Below are positions 38,201 to 48,300 of a DNA stretch of 62,140 nucleotides, in pieces (positions within the stretch are counted from its first letter, which is position 1; each line of letters opens with the position of its first letter). The stretch lies in the IMG/VR virus record IMGVR_UViG_3300031851_000023, positions 1-62,140 of that record, one strand, 5' to 3'. The DNA comes from a virus (taxonomy: Duplodnaviria > Caudoviricetes). The position numbers and the translations under genes are program-made. The notes beneath the pieces were generated by a model, which was given only the letters and a program-made list of their open reading frames with translations, had not been told where the DNA came from and did not search any database.

Positions 38201-41200
38201 AGTTTATCAGCATCGCTATCGCTCGAAGTAAATCTAAACGTTTTAACTCCTGTTGTAACTCTTATTTCTTCAGATTCTGTATCGTAATCAACCGTATCAA
38301 CATCGCCACTCCATGTAGCATTTTGTCTAGGAGCAAAACCTGCAGGTAATAAAATTAATCCACTAGCATTGCCGTCATTGTCTGTGGTTACAGTGCCATT
38401 AAAAGCTGACAATGAATTACCAGCGATGCCAGTAAATCTAAGATCTGGATTTACCCAACGACTAATATCTCTACCCTCTAAGAATACCGAAATATTGGTA
38501 TTTGGTTTTAGTCTGCTAATTACAAACTTAACTGGTTGACTTCTGGCAAAGAATTGTAATGATGTGGATACAGAGTTACCTCTAACAATAGAAGATTGTA
38601 CTCCTTTAGCAACATCATTGTTCTGTGGACTAATGTTTGAAGAACTTGAAATAGAAGCATTACTTACAGAAGACTGAGATTCCAAGGAATTAATCTGTCC
38701 CAGAGAATTAATAGATGTAAATGACGGAGAAGATCCGACCCAGTTAACAACAAAAGAATTGTATAAACTTGAGAAACTTTCTCTTACATCTTGCTTGGCA
38801 ATAAAAATTTTATACAGATCAGTATTTGTGTCTACCACGAGGGGTTCTACTGATTGATCATACCATTGATCAATATTTGGAGATACAGTAGCATCACCAA
38901 CATATTGTAAAACAACAAATGGGTTTGGATTTAGTGTTTTTGAAGCAAAACTATTACCCAATAAATTTAAACTGGTATAAGGTAGTGTAATAATATCACC
39001 AGATTTTTTATAACCAGAAACAAATCTTTGATCTTCTCTAGTATTAACTTCTTTTAGGAAAAGAGAATCTTCTTTAGATTGTGGACGCAAGACTGATTGT
39101 TGTGAATCAACAGCACATTGATAATCAAGCGATATAAGATTTCCTGACTTGTGAGATTCAAAATTATCAACTAAGAAACCTGATTTAAATCTGTCTAAAC
39201 CTATTTCATCTTTTACTTGCATGTTTAGAGCTTGCTGCTCTAGAATGCTTAGTGTGGTATAATACTCAAGACGCTCAATACGCTTCTCTAGTTTGCCGAT
39301 GTCACGCATCGTATAGCGGCGATTATCAACAGAAGTAATTCTTACATCTTTGCTAGTTTGCGTAAATGCGGGAATGTAAGCATAAAATAAAGCAATCGCA
39401 TCATCAATTGGATCTGGTTTGGTTGGATTCAGTGAAGAATTTCCTTCTTTTACAATAAAGTTTCCATTTTTGTTTAAGAAAATTCCATCAATTCTATCAA
39501 GATACTGTACTTGACTAAAAGACATTGTATATTCTAAACCAAGATCTGGAGCTGGTGTAGCAGCAATTACAGATCCTACTCCGGCAAACTTACCTATACT
39601 TTCAGAAAGAGAAGACTGATCTTGGAAACCAGCAATAAATGATGTAGAATCAACTTTAGGTCTGAAGTCTAACAAATTTTTCAGATTTACAATGCCATAT
39701 ACAGAAGAATTAAAAGAAGGAATAAGATCTTCAGTTACACCTGCTTCATGAATATAACTATCAATTGTACAGAAATCTCCTTGTGATTGTTCAAAGTAAT
39801 CGAAAGCAATTACAAGTTGACCTGTAGTTTGTTCTTTACCTGGTTTTAATACAATACGAGAAACATCATATACAGTATCTCTCTGACCATTGTCAAACGT
39901 AAATCTATCAGTTACATCTATTCCAGAAATTAATTTTCCTGAAGTGTCAACAGTTGGTGGTTGTGTTGCACTACCTTCGTAGACATATTTTAGTTTGTAG
40001 GCATCTGAATACGAAATAGTTTCGACAACATCACTATCGTAATTGGTTCCTCTAAACGGGATTACACGATCTCCAGAAGAAGTAACAACAATTCTTCTAT
40101 TTTCGATAGAAGTTTTTAATCTAGGTTTAGCATTTGAAACTTCTAAAGTTGCGGATAGTTTTAATTTAGGGAATGTGCCATTTACTGGAATAGTTCCAAA
40201 GTATGTTGTCGGTAGATTGAGACTAATACTACCAGATGTCAGTCCACTTGCTGTATCAGTTGCAGAACTAATGTCTACAGAATCTACATCAACGTAAACG
40301 ATATCACCTTTACTAATATTTGGAGCATCACCTGGATCTAATACTGTAATAATATAATTCTCTTCAGTAAAAGTAGCAAACCTTTGTGTGCCAAATGGCA
40401 ACTGAGCAGCAAAGGTAATTGTGCCACCAGAAGTAGACGCTGTAGTTACAAAATCTCTACGGAAAAAATACTTGATATTTGTTTGTTCTGGTGTGCTAGA
40501 AACTTTTTTAATTTGATTGCTTCCTGTTGGGAATAGTAAAGTTCCTAAGTTAGCATTTTCCACCCTTGGACGTAATCTAACAATACTAGTATTAGTTACA
40601 TTGCCGGGAAGAACCGTGTCCATGTATACTCTAGACTTAGCAGATCCTTGTCTTTGAGTAGCATATTGTACAACAGCACGAACTAATGTATTGCTCTCAT
40701 CAGAAAACTGAATAACATCTCCTTGCTGTAGTAAAATACTTGCATCAGCATTAAAACTAGTAGATTCTATAAAGTTGTAACCTTTAGAACCGAAGAAAGT
40801 AAAATCGGTTACTGATTTAATTTCAGCATATGATTGATCATCTGTAACTAAGTCTGCGGTAAAAATATTAGCATTACCAGATCCATATTGTGATGTTACA
40901 GATTTTACATTTTGTGGTGTATAAGTTGTTACAGCATTTCTAGTTAAGACAGGTAGAATAACAGCACTAACACTAGGGTTAGCAGCTCCTTCTGGTTGCT
41001 TAACAGACACTGATGGTGGTTGAGAATACTCTATAGATAGAGCAGACTTATTATTAATTTGAATTGTGTAGAACGAACCGTTTGTTAAACGCATCAATTC
41101 TGCTGCAGCAGCATCGTATTCTACGCCATTAATAACAATAGTAGAACCATCAGCATATCCAAGACCACGATTAACTACAATAAATTTAGAAATTGTGTTA

Positions 41201-43395
41201 TCTGTAGCAATTTTATTTGTAACCCCAGATTCATCTCTGATGGATTCTCCTGAAGTAAATTTGCCGGAAAGAGTTTTTACGAATAAGATATTGCCAATTG
41301 AATATGTTCCAGAAGGTGCTCCTTCAACAACTCCATAAGCACCACTAGTTAATCCAACAACATACTTACCAATTCCAAAACTATTATTTTGTGGAGTAGT
41401 TTCTAGTAGTAATTTTGTATAAAATTCAGGATCAAAGTAAGAAAGACCAAAAATAGCATTGTATGTATCACCACCTTCTGCTAATTTTCCTTTAGATAAA
41501 ATAATATCAGAATCTGAATTAAAACCAAGACCTCTATTCTTGAGGAAATAGTTGCTTGGTTTTGCTCTACCAACTAAAGGTGTGATAGTTTCACTATAGT
41601 CGATGATATATCCCAATTCATTGTTATCAGTCGCAGCATCTGCTGCTGATAAGAATAGATTTCTTTGGTAGTTATTGTCTCCTGGATCATATTCCAACAT
41701 CAATAATTCAATGTCTTCTTTCTCTCCAACTACTGTCAATTCTAAGAACAGAACAGACTCATTAGAATTAAGTAATGGTTTGTTTACTTTAGCAAAAGAT
41801 AAAGACTTTAATGTTCCTGTTGTAAGGGCATTACCAGAATCATCTCTAGTTTTAATAAAATACAAATCTGCTAAATTAGCAAATGTGCCATCTGTAATTG
41901 ATGCTAAAGTAGTAGTGGTATTTGTTACATTAATAGTAATTGTTTTAATACCGTCATTACTTGATAATGTGGTTCCTCTTTTGTTTAAGGTTTGTCTATG
42001 GTCTGTAGATTTTTCTGTTCCATTAAGACCGATAGATCCATCATTATAAGTAGCAAACAAATTAACATATGGATATGCTGTTAGATCTCCGCCTTCCTTG
42101 TTTAAGGGAACACTTCCATATGTGTTGGTAATATTAAACGTTGGGAGTCCTTTAGTTTTTAGTGTGACGTTATCACTTGAGAGTGATTCTCTTGCTTTAC
42201 TAATTTCTAAATATTTTGTCTCTTTATTGACAATTTCGTATCCTCTAATATATGCTTTACCTGGTCCAATACCAGCAAGCATCTTTCTGCTTGCTTCTGA
42301 CTCGGTTAATCCATTATATGATCCAAATTCATCAACTTTATAGACACCGCCATTTTTATCTTTCTGAGCATATTCTCTAATGTCTACAGAAAAATTGTTG
42401 ACAATATAATCGCCACTTTCATCAAAAGTTCTTCTAGCAAGCGTCTGCTCAATCAAACTATAGTTTGTGGGAGATACTTTTTTCTGTACTAATCCTTTGT
42501 ATACTGTAATAAGTTGAATAAAATTCTTATCTGTTGCTTCAGATAGTTTGAATTTTTTTATAGTTAAACTGATCTTAAGTCTATGTGCTCCAGGAGCAGA
42601 ATAGTTTGCAGATCCAATAGAATTGTCATATAGAGATGCATCTTCTTCTGGAGTAACAACTTCTTCAACGATAGTAAATCCAACCTTTGCCGATGGATTG
42701 TTGTAATAGTCGTCTATTACTAAAAGTTGCTTTTCATTTCTGACAAAATATCCATTCACAAAATAGATGCCTTCTTCCACTTTTACTGCAGAAGCATACC
42801 CCATGGCAGGGCTTTCTAGTGGAGTAGATTCATCTGTATCTGGATTTATAATTTGGATACTAGTTGGAAGAACACTTCCATCGGTTCCAACGACTAGCAA
42901 TGGAGTATTAACACCGTCTACTACTTCAAGCGTTTCTCCTTGACGAAATGTACTATCTAAATTGGAATTACCACTACTTAGATAATTTACATATACTGTA
43001 TCGGCAGTAGAATCTGTTGCTAACTTTGTTTCTAAAACATTAGCAACAACTCCAGAACTCAAACCTCGGATTTGTGATCCAATAAGTTGACTAATATCAT
43101 ATTTTTTATATACGATATTATTATTGCCATCATTGATAGCAACTTCTGATACAGAAGACAACTTTACATAATCTAGTTTAGTGTTAAGACCAACTTCTCC
43201 AGGGACAACTAAGTCTCCTTGTTTGAAAGCGTACTTACCAAAACTTTCAACCTGATTCTGTAGAATAGATTGTATTTGTGTTAATTCTCTAGTCTGGATA
43301 GAATACCCAGGACGGAAAAGAATCTTATAGAAATTCTTGCTCGCGTCGAAGTCCTCGTAATAAGGATTTACATTAAGGTTTGTCTTCTGTGGCAT
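35278..43395 (-). CDS. Large virion structural protein (DUF4815/VrlC-like, 2705 aa)
   Basis: NLNVNPYYEDFD..KNFYKILFRPG..IQTRELTQIQSILQNQ, LARRTFDESGDY, RRYTMRDIGKLEKRIERLEYYTTLS, RFKSGFLVDNF; late promoter TATAAATA at 43432-43439. Confidence 0.85.
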   Translation of the reverse strand: MPQKTNLNVNPYYEDFDASKNFYKILFRPGYSIQTRELTQIQSILQNQVESFGKYAFKQGDLVVPGEVGLNTKLDYVKLSSVSEVAINDGNNNIVYKKYDISQLIGSQIRGLSSGVVANVLETKLATDSTADTVYVNYLSSGNSNLDSTFRQGETLEVVDGVNTPLLVVGTDGSVLPTSIQIINPDTDESTPLESPAMGYASAVKVEEGIYFVNGYFVRNEKQLLVIDDYYNNPSAKVGFTIVEEVVTPEEDASLYDNSIGSANYSAPGAHRLKISLTIKKFKLSEATDKNFIQLITVYKGLVQKKVSPTNYSLIEQTLARRTFDESGDYIVNNFSVDIREYAQKDKNGGVYKVDEFGSYNGLTESEASRKMLAGIGPGKAYIRGYEIVNKETKYLEISKARESLSSDNVTLKTKGLPTFNITNTYGSVPLNKEGGDLTAYPYVNLFATYNDGSIGLNGTEKSTDHRQTLNKRGTTLSSNDGIKTITINVTNTTTTLASITDGTFANLADLYFIKTRDDSGNALTTGTLKSLSFAKVNKPLLNSNESVLFLELTVVGEKEDIELLMLEYDPGDNNYQRNLFLSAADAATDNNELGYIIDYSETITPLVGRAKPSNYFLKNRGLGFNSDSDIILSKGKLAEGGDTYNAIFGLSYFDPEFYTKLLLETTPQNNSFGIGKYVVGLTSGAYGVVEGAPSGTYSIGNILFVKTLSGKFTSGESIRDESGVTNKIATDNTISKFIVVNRGLGYADGSTIVINGVEYDAAAAELMRLTNGSFYTIQINNKSALSIEYSQPPSVSVKQPEGAANPSVSAVILPVLTRNAVTTYTPQNVKSVTSQYGSGNANIFTADLVTDDQSYAEIKSVTDFTFFGSKGYNFIESTSFNADASILLQQGDVIQFSDESNTLVRAVVQYATQRQGSAKSRVYMDTVLPGNVTNTSIVRLRPRVENANLGTLLFPTGSNQIKKVSSTPEQTNIKYFFRRDFVTTASTSGGTITFAAQLPFGTQRFATFTEENYIITVLDPGDAPNISKGDIVYVDVDSVDISSATDTASGLTSGSISLNLPTTYFGTIPVNGTFPKLKLSATLEVSNAKPRLKTSIENRRIVVTSSGDRVIPFRGTNYDSDVVETISYSDAYKLKYVYEGSATQPPTVDTSGKLISGIDVTDRFTFDNGQRDTVYDVSRIVLKPGKEQTTGQLVIAFDYFEQSQGDFCTIDSYIHEAGVTEDLIPSFNSSVYGIVNLKNLLDFRPKVDSTSFIAGFQDQSSLSESIGKFAGVGSVIAATPAPDLGLEYTMSFSQVQYLDRIDGIFLNKNGNFIVKEGNSSLNPTKPDPIDDAIALFYAYIPAFTQTSKDVRITSVDNRRYTMRDIGKLEKRIERLEYYTTLSILEQQALNMQVKDEIGLDRFKSGFLVDNFESHKSGNLISLDYQCAVDSQQSVLRPQSKEDSLFLKEVNTREDQRFVSGYKKSGDIITLPYTSLNLLGNSFASKTLNPNPFVVLQYVGDATVSPNIDQWYDQSVEPLVVDTNTDLYKIFIAKQDVRESFSSLYNSFVVNWVGSSPSFTSINSLGQINSLESQSSVSNASISSSSNISPQNNDVAKGVQSSIVRGNSVSTSLQFFARSQPVKFVISRLKPNTNISVFLEGRDISRWVNPDLRFTGIAGNSLSAFNGTVTTDNDGNASGLILLPAGFAPRQNATWSGDVDTVDYDTESEEIRVTTGVKTFRFTSSDSDADKLTVSTYAEVKYYATGILPENPVSVISTKPSFFKANEGVQFVDSNTDNPVRPNPLAQTFKIENYDGGVFTTGIDLYFSKKSNKVPVKVYLTNVDSDKPGKNIIPGTEKILSPFTYIKFFTNGNVYITKGENVTGTTSAASGPVEKIIDKNGVDLVPSSSGRFLLTNEQVYTLVLSNHNGRSFNQNEQLSVPSVTLRNNTEGESGVLTVAKDSGKVSNIRITSTGQNYTNAILTIESPQLPGGSVATAGVEVSDGKLYNTEISLNGFGYTEPPSVVIKGIGNGAGGATIETEIEIDSPAVRMGVAVDQSGLTDSTVPSHFEFEHPVYLQNDTEYAMAIETDSTDYELWVSRLGEVDVATSTVITTQPSLGSVYRSQNVDNWTEDNFEDVKFTLYRAEFNIAKTAELILTNESLGYELLAKNPFNTNATSNTNATSKLFRNNNNIIQVSHRDNGFETSGSSYVFFKGAVETGGVTSDVLNSKLFQITNSGIDTYNITSNIAASGNIEGGGEVVYATYNRKYEILYPQIQCLSFSGTKLSSSIKTTNVVPVDSLTNNYTSYSQTDYEKTFLNEPHYFTNQKFIASDINETLNNVTSLTYKLSLSSTVSYLSPVVDLSTASVKTVSNRIESATGQEDRYGRRDQIIEFYPIYKFNIGNTSGSQIQNNQAIEGYTSKAVGTIAKVEGSTVWVRLKTSQFFKRGERVTLGNQPTLIETVNGVVVPAATISTNPVEVFLDIPDSATMVARNPSVILESYDNIITGSAVIWNNKTQKLEVRNDTQPLADDFTGRITDNLIFNRNSDVNDQLADIFRVGDFLKYPNQVDDEARFLEIKAITYANGITYVSDNTSKNSSTVAKYVTKEVVINNPATAIDVHLTLNSKDINDVQVLYKFKKSSSQENFEDVNWTYFNEDGSPDSLVIATPENTISSIVEKQSSYQDITYSVSNLPEFSSFAVKIIMKGVDPSFVPKIQDIRAVAAF

Positions 43396-43444
43396 CGTTT
43401 TCCGCCAAATACTAGCATTCTTTGTCCTTAGTATTTATAGAGAT

Positions 43445-43477
43445 AAAAAAAATCCCCTGAGATATCTCAGAGGATTT
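43445..43477 (-). terminator. Rho-independent terminator after gp8
   Basis: AATCC-C-CTGAGAT/ATCTCAG-A-GGATT inverted repeat followed by a T run on the minus strand. Confidence 0.75.
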
Positions 43478-43495
43478 GAAGTTATTTATTTGTGA

Positions 43496-45307
43496 TCAGA
43501 ATTCGATAACCAACTTGATATCTTCAATCTGGTCAGGAGCACGGGTGATCAAACGACGATTTTCTTGGTAAATGATATCGCCAGAGTTGTTTTCAATTTC
43601 AGGAGCAGCAAGACCAGATGTGAAAGCAACACCTAGAAGTGTGCTTGCGTATGTTGTATCAACATTACCTGCCGCTGCTGATAGAACACCGGAAATAGCG
43701 TTTGATCCATTGCTCTCAAATGCTCTTACAACACCCTGATCTGTGTGGGCATCATTTGTTTGGATATACTTAAGAACACCTGCTGTGGAAGAACCACTAT
43801 CTAGTGTCCAAGAAACTACAGTTCCTCTCGCAGTACCATCTGTTACCGTTTGAGAGATCTGCTCATCAGGAATGAAATCTGCGGTAGCACCAGTAATTTT
43901 AACTGATCTTAGACCACTAAGAGTGTCTGCAGTTGAGAACGTAGTAGTTCCCCAGTTGTATGGATCCTTAATGATTCCAATACGACGGAAGTCGTTATCA
44001 ACAGGGAAGTCACCAGAACCTTCTGCGTAAGTTAGACGAATATTCGTCATGACGCGCTTACCATTGAGTTCTAGCTCGTGGTCAAAACCATGACCGCCTT
44101 GTGGAGGCATTACAACTTCGATAGCACCAACACCATTTGCAGGTGTCGCAACTCCTGTAGTTAAACCAGCATCAGAGAAGAGGTTGCCATTTCCTAAAAG
44201 AACGTTAGCATATGTATAACCTGATCCTCTTGCTTGGACACTAGCAGAAGTAATAGTGCCGGAACCGTCTGTAGCAAACTCAATTACTCCACCAGTTCCA
44301 TCACCCTTGATGCTAGTGAATAGTGTTTGTGAAGCAGGTAGGTTAGCACCACCATCTTCAATAAGAGCAACATCAATTGCTCCGGCAACAGCAGCACCAG
44401 TAACAGCAGTACGGGTATTGTTGGCAGGAAGAACGATTGGCATGAAGTCCGAAGAAAGGAATCTTAGAACATCATCGGTTGGCATGGTATACATGTACTT
44501 CCAGATGTATCCAGCACCAGATGTCTCGGTATAAAGACCAGTTGCAGAAGCATAGTTACCACCAGCAGTTTTTGGTTCTTCAGTTGCGTTTTGTCCAGTT
44601 GGATTCGCAACATTTTCGCCGTTATATAAGCACTTAAATACTTCATAATCCGAGTTCATTAGGTAGAACTTGGCATCAGAGATACTTGTCTGGTTTGTAC
44701 CTGTTTGCTTACCAACTTGACCACCGCCACCAGGAGTAGCAGAGTAATCAGGTTTCCACATATCAAATTTAGGGTTCGCAACTAAATCCCAATTGTAACG
44801 ACGGATAACTGTTCTTGCAAAGGCATCAGTAATACGCTTCGCAGCAATGAGTTCGTCATATACAGCAATTTTTTCTCTCTGATTATCTAAAGGAAGAGGC
44901 GGAACATCTTCTGTTGCGTAACGATAAACGCCGGATTTTGCTACAGCACCAGTATCGCTAGAACCAGCGTCAGAAGTTTCTTTTAGATCTGAACCAATGG
45001 GGGGAACGGAATTTGTGCCGTTGCTGCCAAAAACGTCGGTAAGAAGGAGGGCACTATCATAAACTGCAGCAACGGTGGCACGGAAAGCAGTTGAACCATA
45101 TGTTCCAACATATACTTCATTTCCGACAGTGAAGTTAGTACTTCCTTTGGAATATACTTCTAGATATGCTTTCCATGCTTGAGGACGCCCAACAAAGAAA
45201 TACATTCTTGTGCGCTCGGCACTTGTTTCACTGGGTCCTTCTGTCAAGGATTCCAGGAATTGCTTCGCGTTAAAAATACGAAACTTATCAGAGATAATAG
45301 CAGCCAT
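43496..45307 (-). CDS. gp8: Baseplate wedge subunit
   Basis: AIISDKFRIFNA, YFFVGRPQAW, VFKCLYNG, GYIWKYMYT, GHGFD...ELNG, DFRRIGII, QIEDIKLVIEF. Confidence 0.95.
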   Translation of the reverse strand: MAAIISDKFRIFNAKQFLESLTEGPSETSAERTRMYFFVGRPQAWKAYLEVYSKGSTNFTVGNEVYVGTYGSTAFRATVAAVYDSALLLTDVFGSNGTNSVPPIGSDLKETSDAGSSDTGAVAKSGVYRYATEDVPPLPLDNQREKIAVYDELIAAKRITDAFARTVIRRYNWDLVANPKFDMWKPDYSATPGGGGQVGKQTGTNQTSISDAKFYLMNSDYEVFKCLYNGENVANPTGQNATEEPKTAGGNYASATGLYTETSGAGYIWKYMYTMPTDDVLRFLSSDFMPIVLPANNTRTAVTGAAVAGAIDVALIEDGGANLPASQTLFTSIKGDGTGGVIEFATDGSGTITSASVQARGSGYTYANVLLGNGNLFSDAGLTTGVATPANGVGAIEVVMPPQGGHGFDHELELNGKRVMTNIRLTYAEGSGDFPVDNDFRRIGIIKDPYNWGTTTFSTADTLSGLRSVKITGATADFIPDEQISQTVTDGTARGTVVSWTLDSGSSTAGVLKYIQTNDAHTDQGVVRAFESNGSNAISGVLSAAAGNVDTTYASTLLGVAFTSGLAAPEIENNSGDIIYQENRRLITRAPDQIEDIKLVIEF

Positions 45308-45343
45308 TGGTTTTCTGTTCCGACGTAGGGTTTGTGCCTGAGT

Positions 45344-45369
45344 TATTTATATTTATACCGTTATTTATG
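45344..45369 (-). promoter_or_regulatory. Three tandem late promoters upstream of gp8
   Basis: TATAAATA at 45344-45351 and 45350-45357; CATAAATA at 45362-45369. Confidence 0.75.
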
Positions 45370-48300
45370 AAATTGTAAACGGAACCAATTCTTCAGCAGA
45401 ATTGATTGAATTTGGTCCACTATAGAGAGTACAACCATCAAATTGGGTTTCTGTTTTACTTGTGTATTGGATTACAGTTCCTCCACTAGTAAACAAATAT
45501 CCATTATTCGGGAAGTATGTTGTATCTTGTACAACAATTGAACCACCAATAGTTCCATTAGAAGAACTAATAGCAACTGGGTTTTGAATTGATGGAGGCA
45601 TTAGAGTAAACTTATCGCCCACTAAAGTATAACTAGAATTTCCGCGTTCGGCAAAATCGTTTACTGTCAATGATGGATAATAACTAGTCAATTCTAAGAT
45701 ACTTAAACTAGAAACATTACATGCTCCATCATCAAATAAACCATCAAAATGTTTAATTGTGTGACCAAGATTTGTTTTTGTGTAGTTACCTACATATCCC
45801 GTATCTTCTCCAAATGTCCTGTTTGATATTAAGATCTCTGTGGTATTTCGCTGTGTAACATAATATCTACCATTGATATCAATTAAATCAACTTCCCCAA
45901 TTCTTGTTTTAATTGGATCAACGACAAAAACACTTTCCTCGTATCCATCGACTGCTCCACTTGGAGGAGTGATGAGTAATACCTGCAACTCTTGCTTGGT
46001 TATATCAAGTTCTGATTGAACAGTTTGAATTGTATTTTTGAAGTTTGTTTGTCTGACTGATGTAGTAAATGACTGAATATTACTAGATGGTGTTTCTAGT
46101 TTGTAATTTACAACGGTTTCTACACTCGAAATAGATGCGACATTAAATTGTGGTTGAATATTCGCAATTGATTGTCTAGAAACTTTCTGAACTTTAACTG
46201 TTGGTGTTATAATTTGTTTTTGTGATTGACCTGCGGCAAACACTTTAGCACCAGCATTAATTGTAACCAGACTGGATTCAGACTCAACAACAGTGATACC
46301 ACCATATGTCAAGGATACTGGATCTGGAATCTGTCGTAAGAATGTTCCAGCAATCCACTCTTGAGCAGTAGTATTCTCTTGACCTCTTTCTACATTTAAG
46401 AAACGATCATTAATCTTGCGGAAATATCGAACAATTTCTGTTCCAATAAGAAGATATCCATTGGTTTTAAATTTATCTGTATTACCAACATAAATGACGG
46501 TATCATTAATAGTTAATGTAGTATCTAAGAACGCACCAACTTCAAAATAATTGATGTTAGTAAGAGCAGTGTTGTTTATAACATTAGCAATACTAGAAGT
46601 TATTTCTCTTGCTGCTGATGTTGTCAGTGTGGAAGAAGAATCAATACCAACAATGTATGGAGTACTAATACGAACATTAATTACTGTTCCACCATGGAAT
46701 GTGTCAACTGGTGCTGCTTGCTGCTCTGTATGGAAAGTAGTTAATACTTCATCAAGTTTTGCAGATAGATCTTCACTGACAGTTTCTTCAGCAGGAGTAA
46801 TTATATCAATTAATTTGGTATCAATTATCAGAGGACTGTCAACTAAGGTTGAAGTAATAGCTTGAACACTTGCTGCCTGATTACTAATAACATCAATACT
46901 GGTAAAGATTACGCTCAGTCCTAAAGACTGCTCTAAATTCATTCTGGCATTGATTAGAGAAACTCCAATATCAGTTTCTTCTAGAACATCATAACGTCTG
47001 GCAACAACAACTTTTGGTGCTTTTGTATATCCAGACCCACCTTCGATTAGTTCTACACTAATAACCTGACCTTTACTGACAAGGACCTGTGCCCTGGCTC
47101 CACCGCCTTCTCCATTTTCAGGAATAAAATTAATTACTGGCGGAGTATAATATTGATAAGCAGTCGGTTGTGTGATGGGATCATAACTACGTTGATTCCA
47201 ATCCAAATCTACAACAACACCATTTTCAATTTTAGCAACAATACTAAGACCTTCGCCTCTTGTTATTCCATTATATGCTTGAACTTCAACTTGACCAAAA
47301 TAACTATTTGATACTTGCTGTTGACTTCTTTGTTCCTTACTTGTTAGTTTTGATGGGAGTTCTTTAATTTTTCTGAACTTATCTTCACCCTCAACTTTTA
47401 TTAGACTATTGTTTGAAAGACTTATAAATGGATTTTTATATACTTTTCTCCAATAAGTACCACGCCAGTTTTGATCTATTCCTCTAAGAACAGATCTGCC
47501 ATCATTATCAGTTTCATATACAATTGAAGAACCAGATGAATTTAATCCAACAATGGTATTAATTTCATACTTTCTTGCTATAGAGAAATATACATCTCTT
47601 CCCTGAATTAAATCACACTTATAACCAAACACTTTTAAACTTAGAGTTGATCCAGAAACTGTTGGATCACTAACTTGTCCAATTACATTATATGTTCCAT
47701 CATCGTTAATTTGATAGGCATGAATTGGAGATCCTCTTCTAATACCCATCCATCTATTTCCTAAGAAATCGGAAAGACCTGACGTAATTTCTAAATTAAT
47801 AACACCATTTAAGTAATATAGATCTGTATTGAAATCAAACAAATTCAGAACTTGTCCAACATCTCTACCATAAAGGTATCTCATGTCAACTTTCATCTGT
47901 TCTGTAATTGGAAATTTGAAGAATATATTGGGACCAGATACTGTATACGAATCAATGTTTTTCTGGAGAACCCCATCAATAAACACTAATAAGTAATCTG
48001 GTTCTTCAACATTAACAACTGTAAGATCTTCTAAATCAAGAATTAAGAATGGTCCTGTTCGGACATTATTAACCAAATTCTTATCTAGAGTCATTCTCTT
48101 ATAATTTCCAACCCCAATACCAACAACTTTCTCAACAGCTGTTGCTTCCCCTAATGTTCTGGCACCAGCATATTGATCCCAAATAGGAGCAATATCAAAT
48201 TTAAGTTTGTTTGGAATTACTGTTCTATCGATATAATATGAATCATCTCCTGGATAATTTGCATTATACTTAGTCTCTTGTAATACAGCATTAATTGATA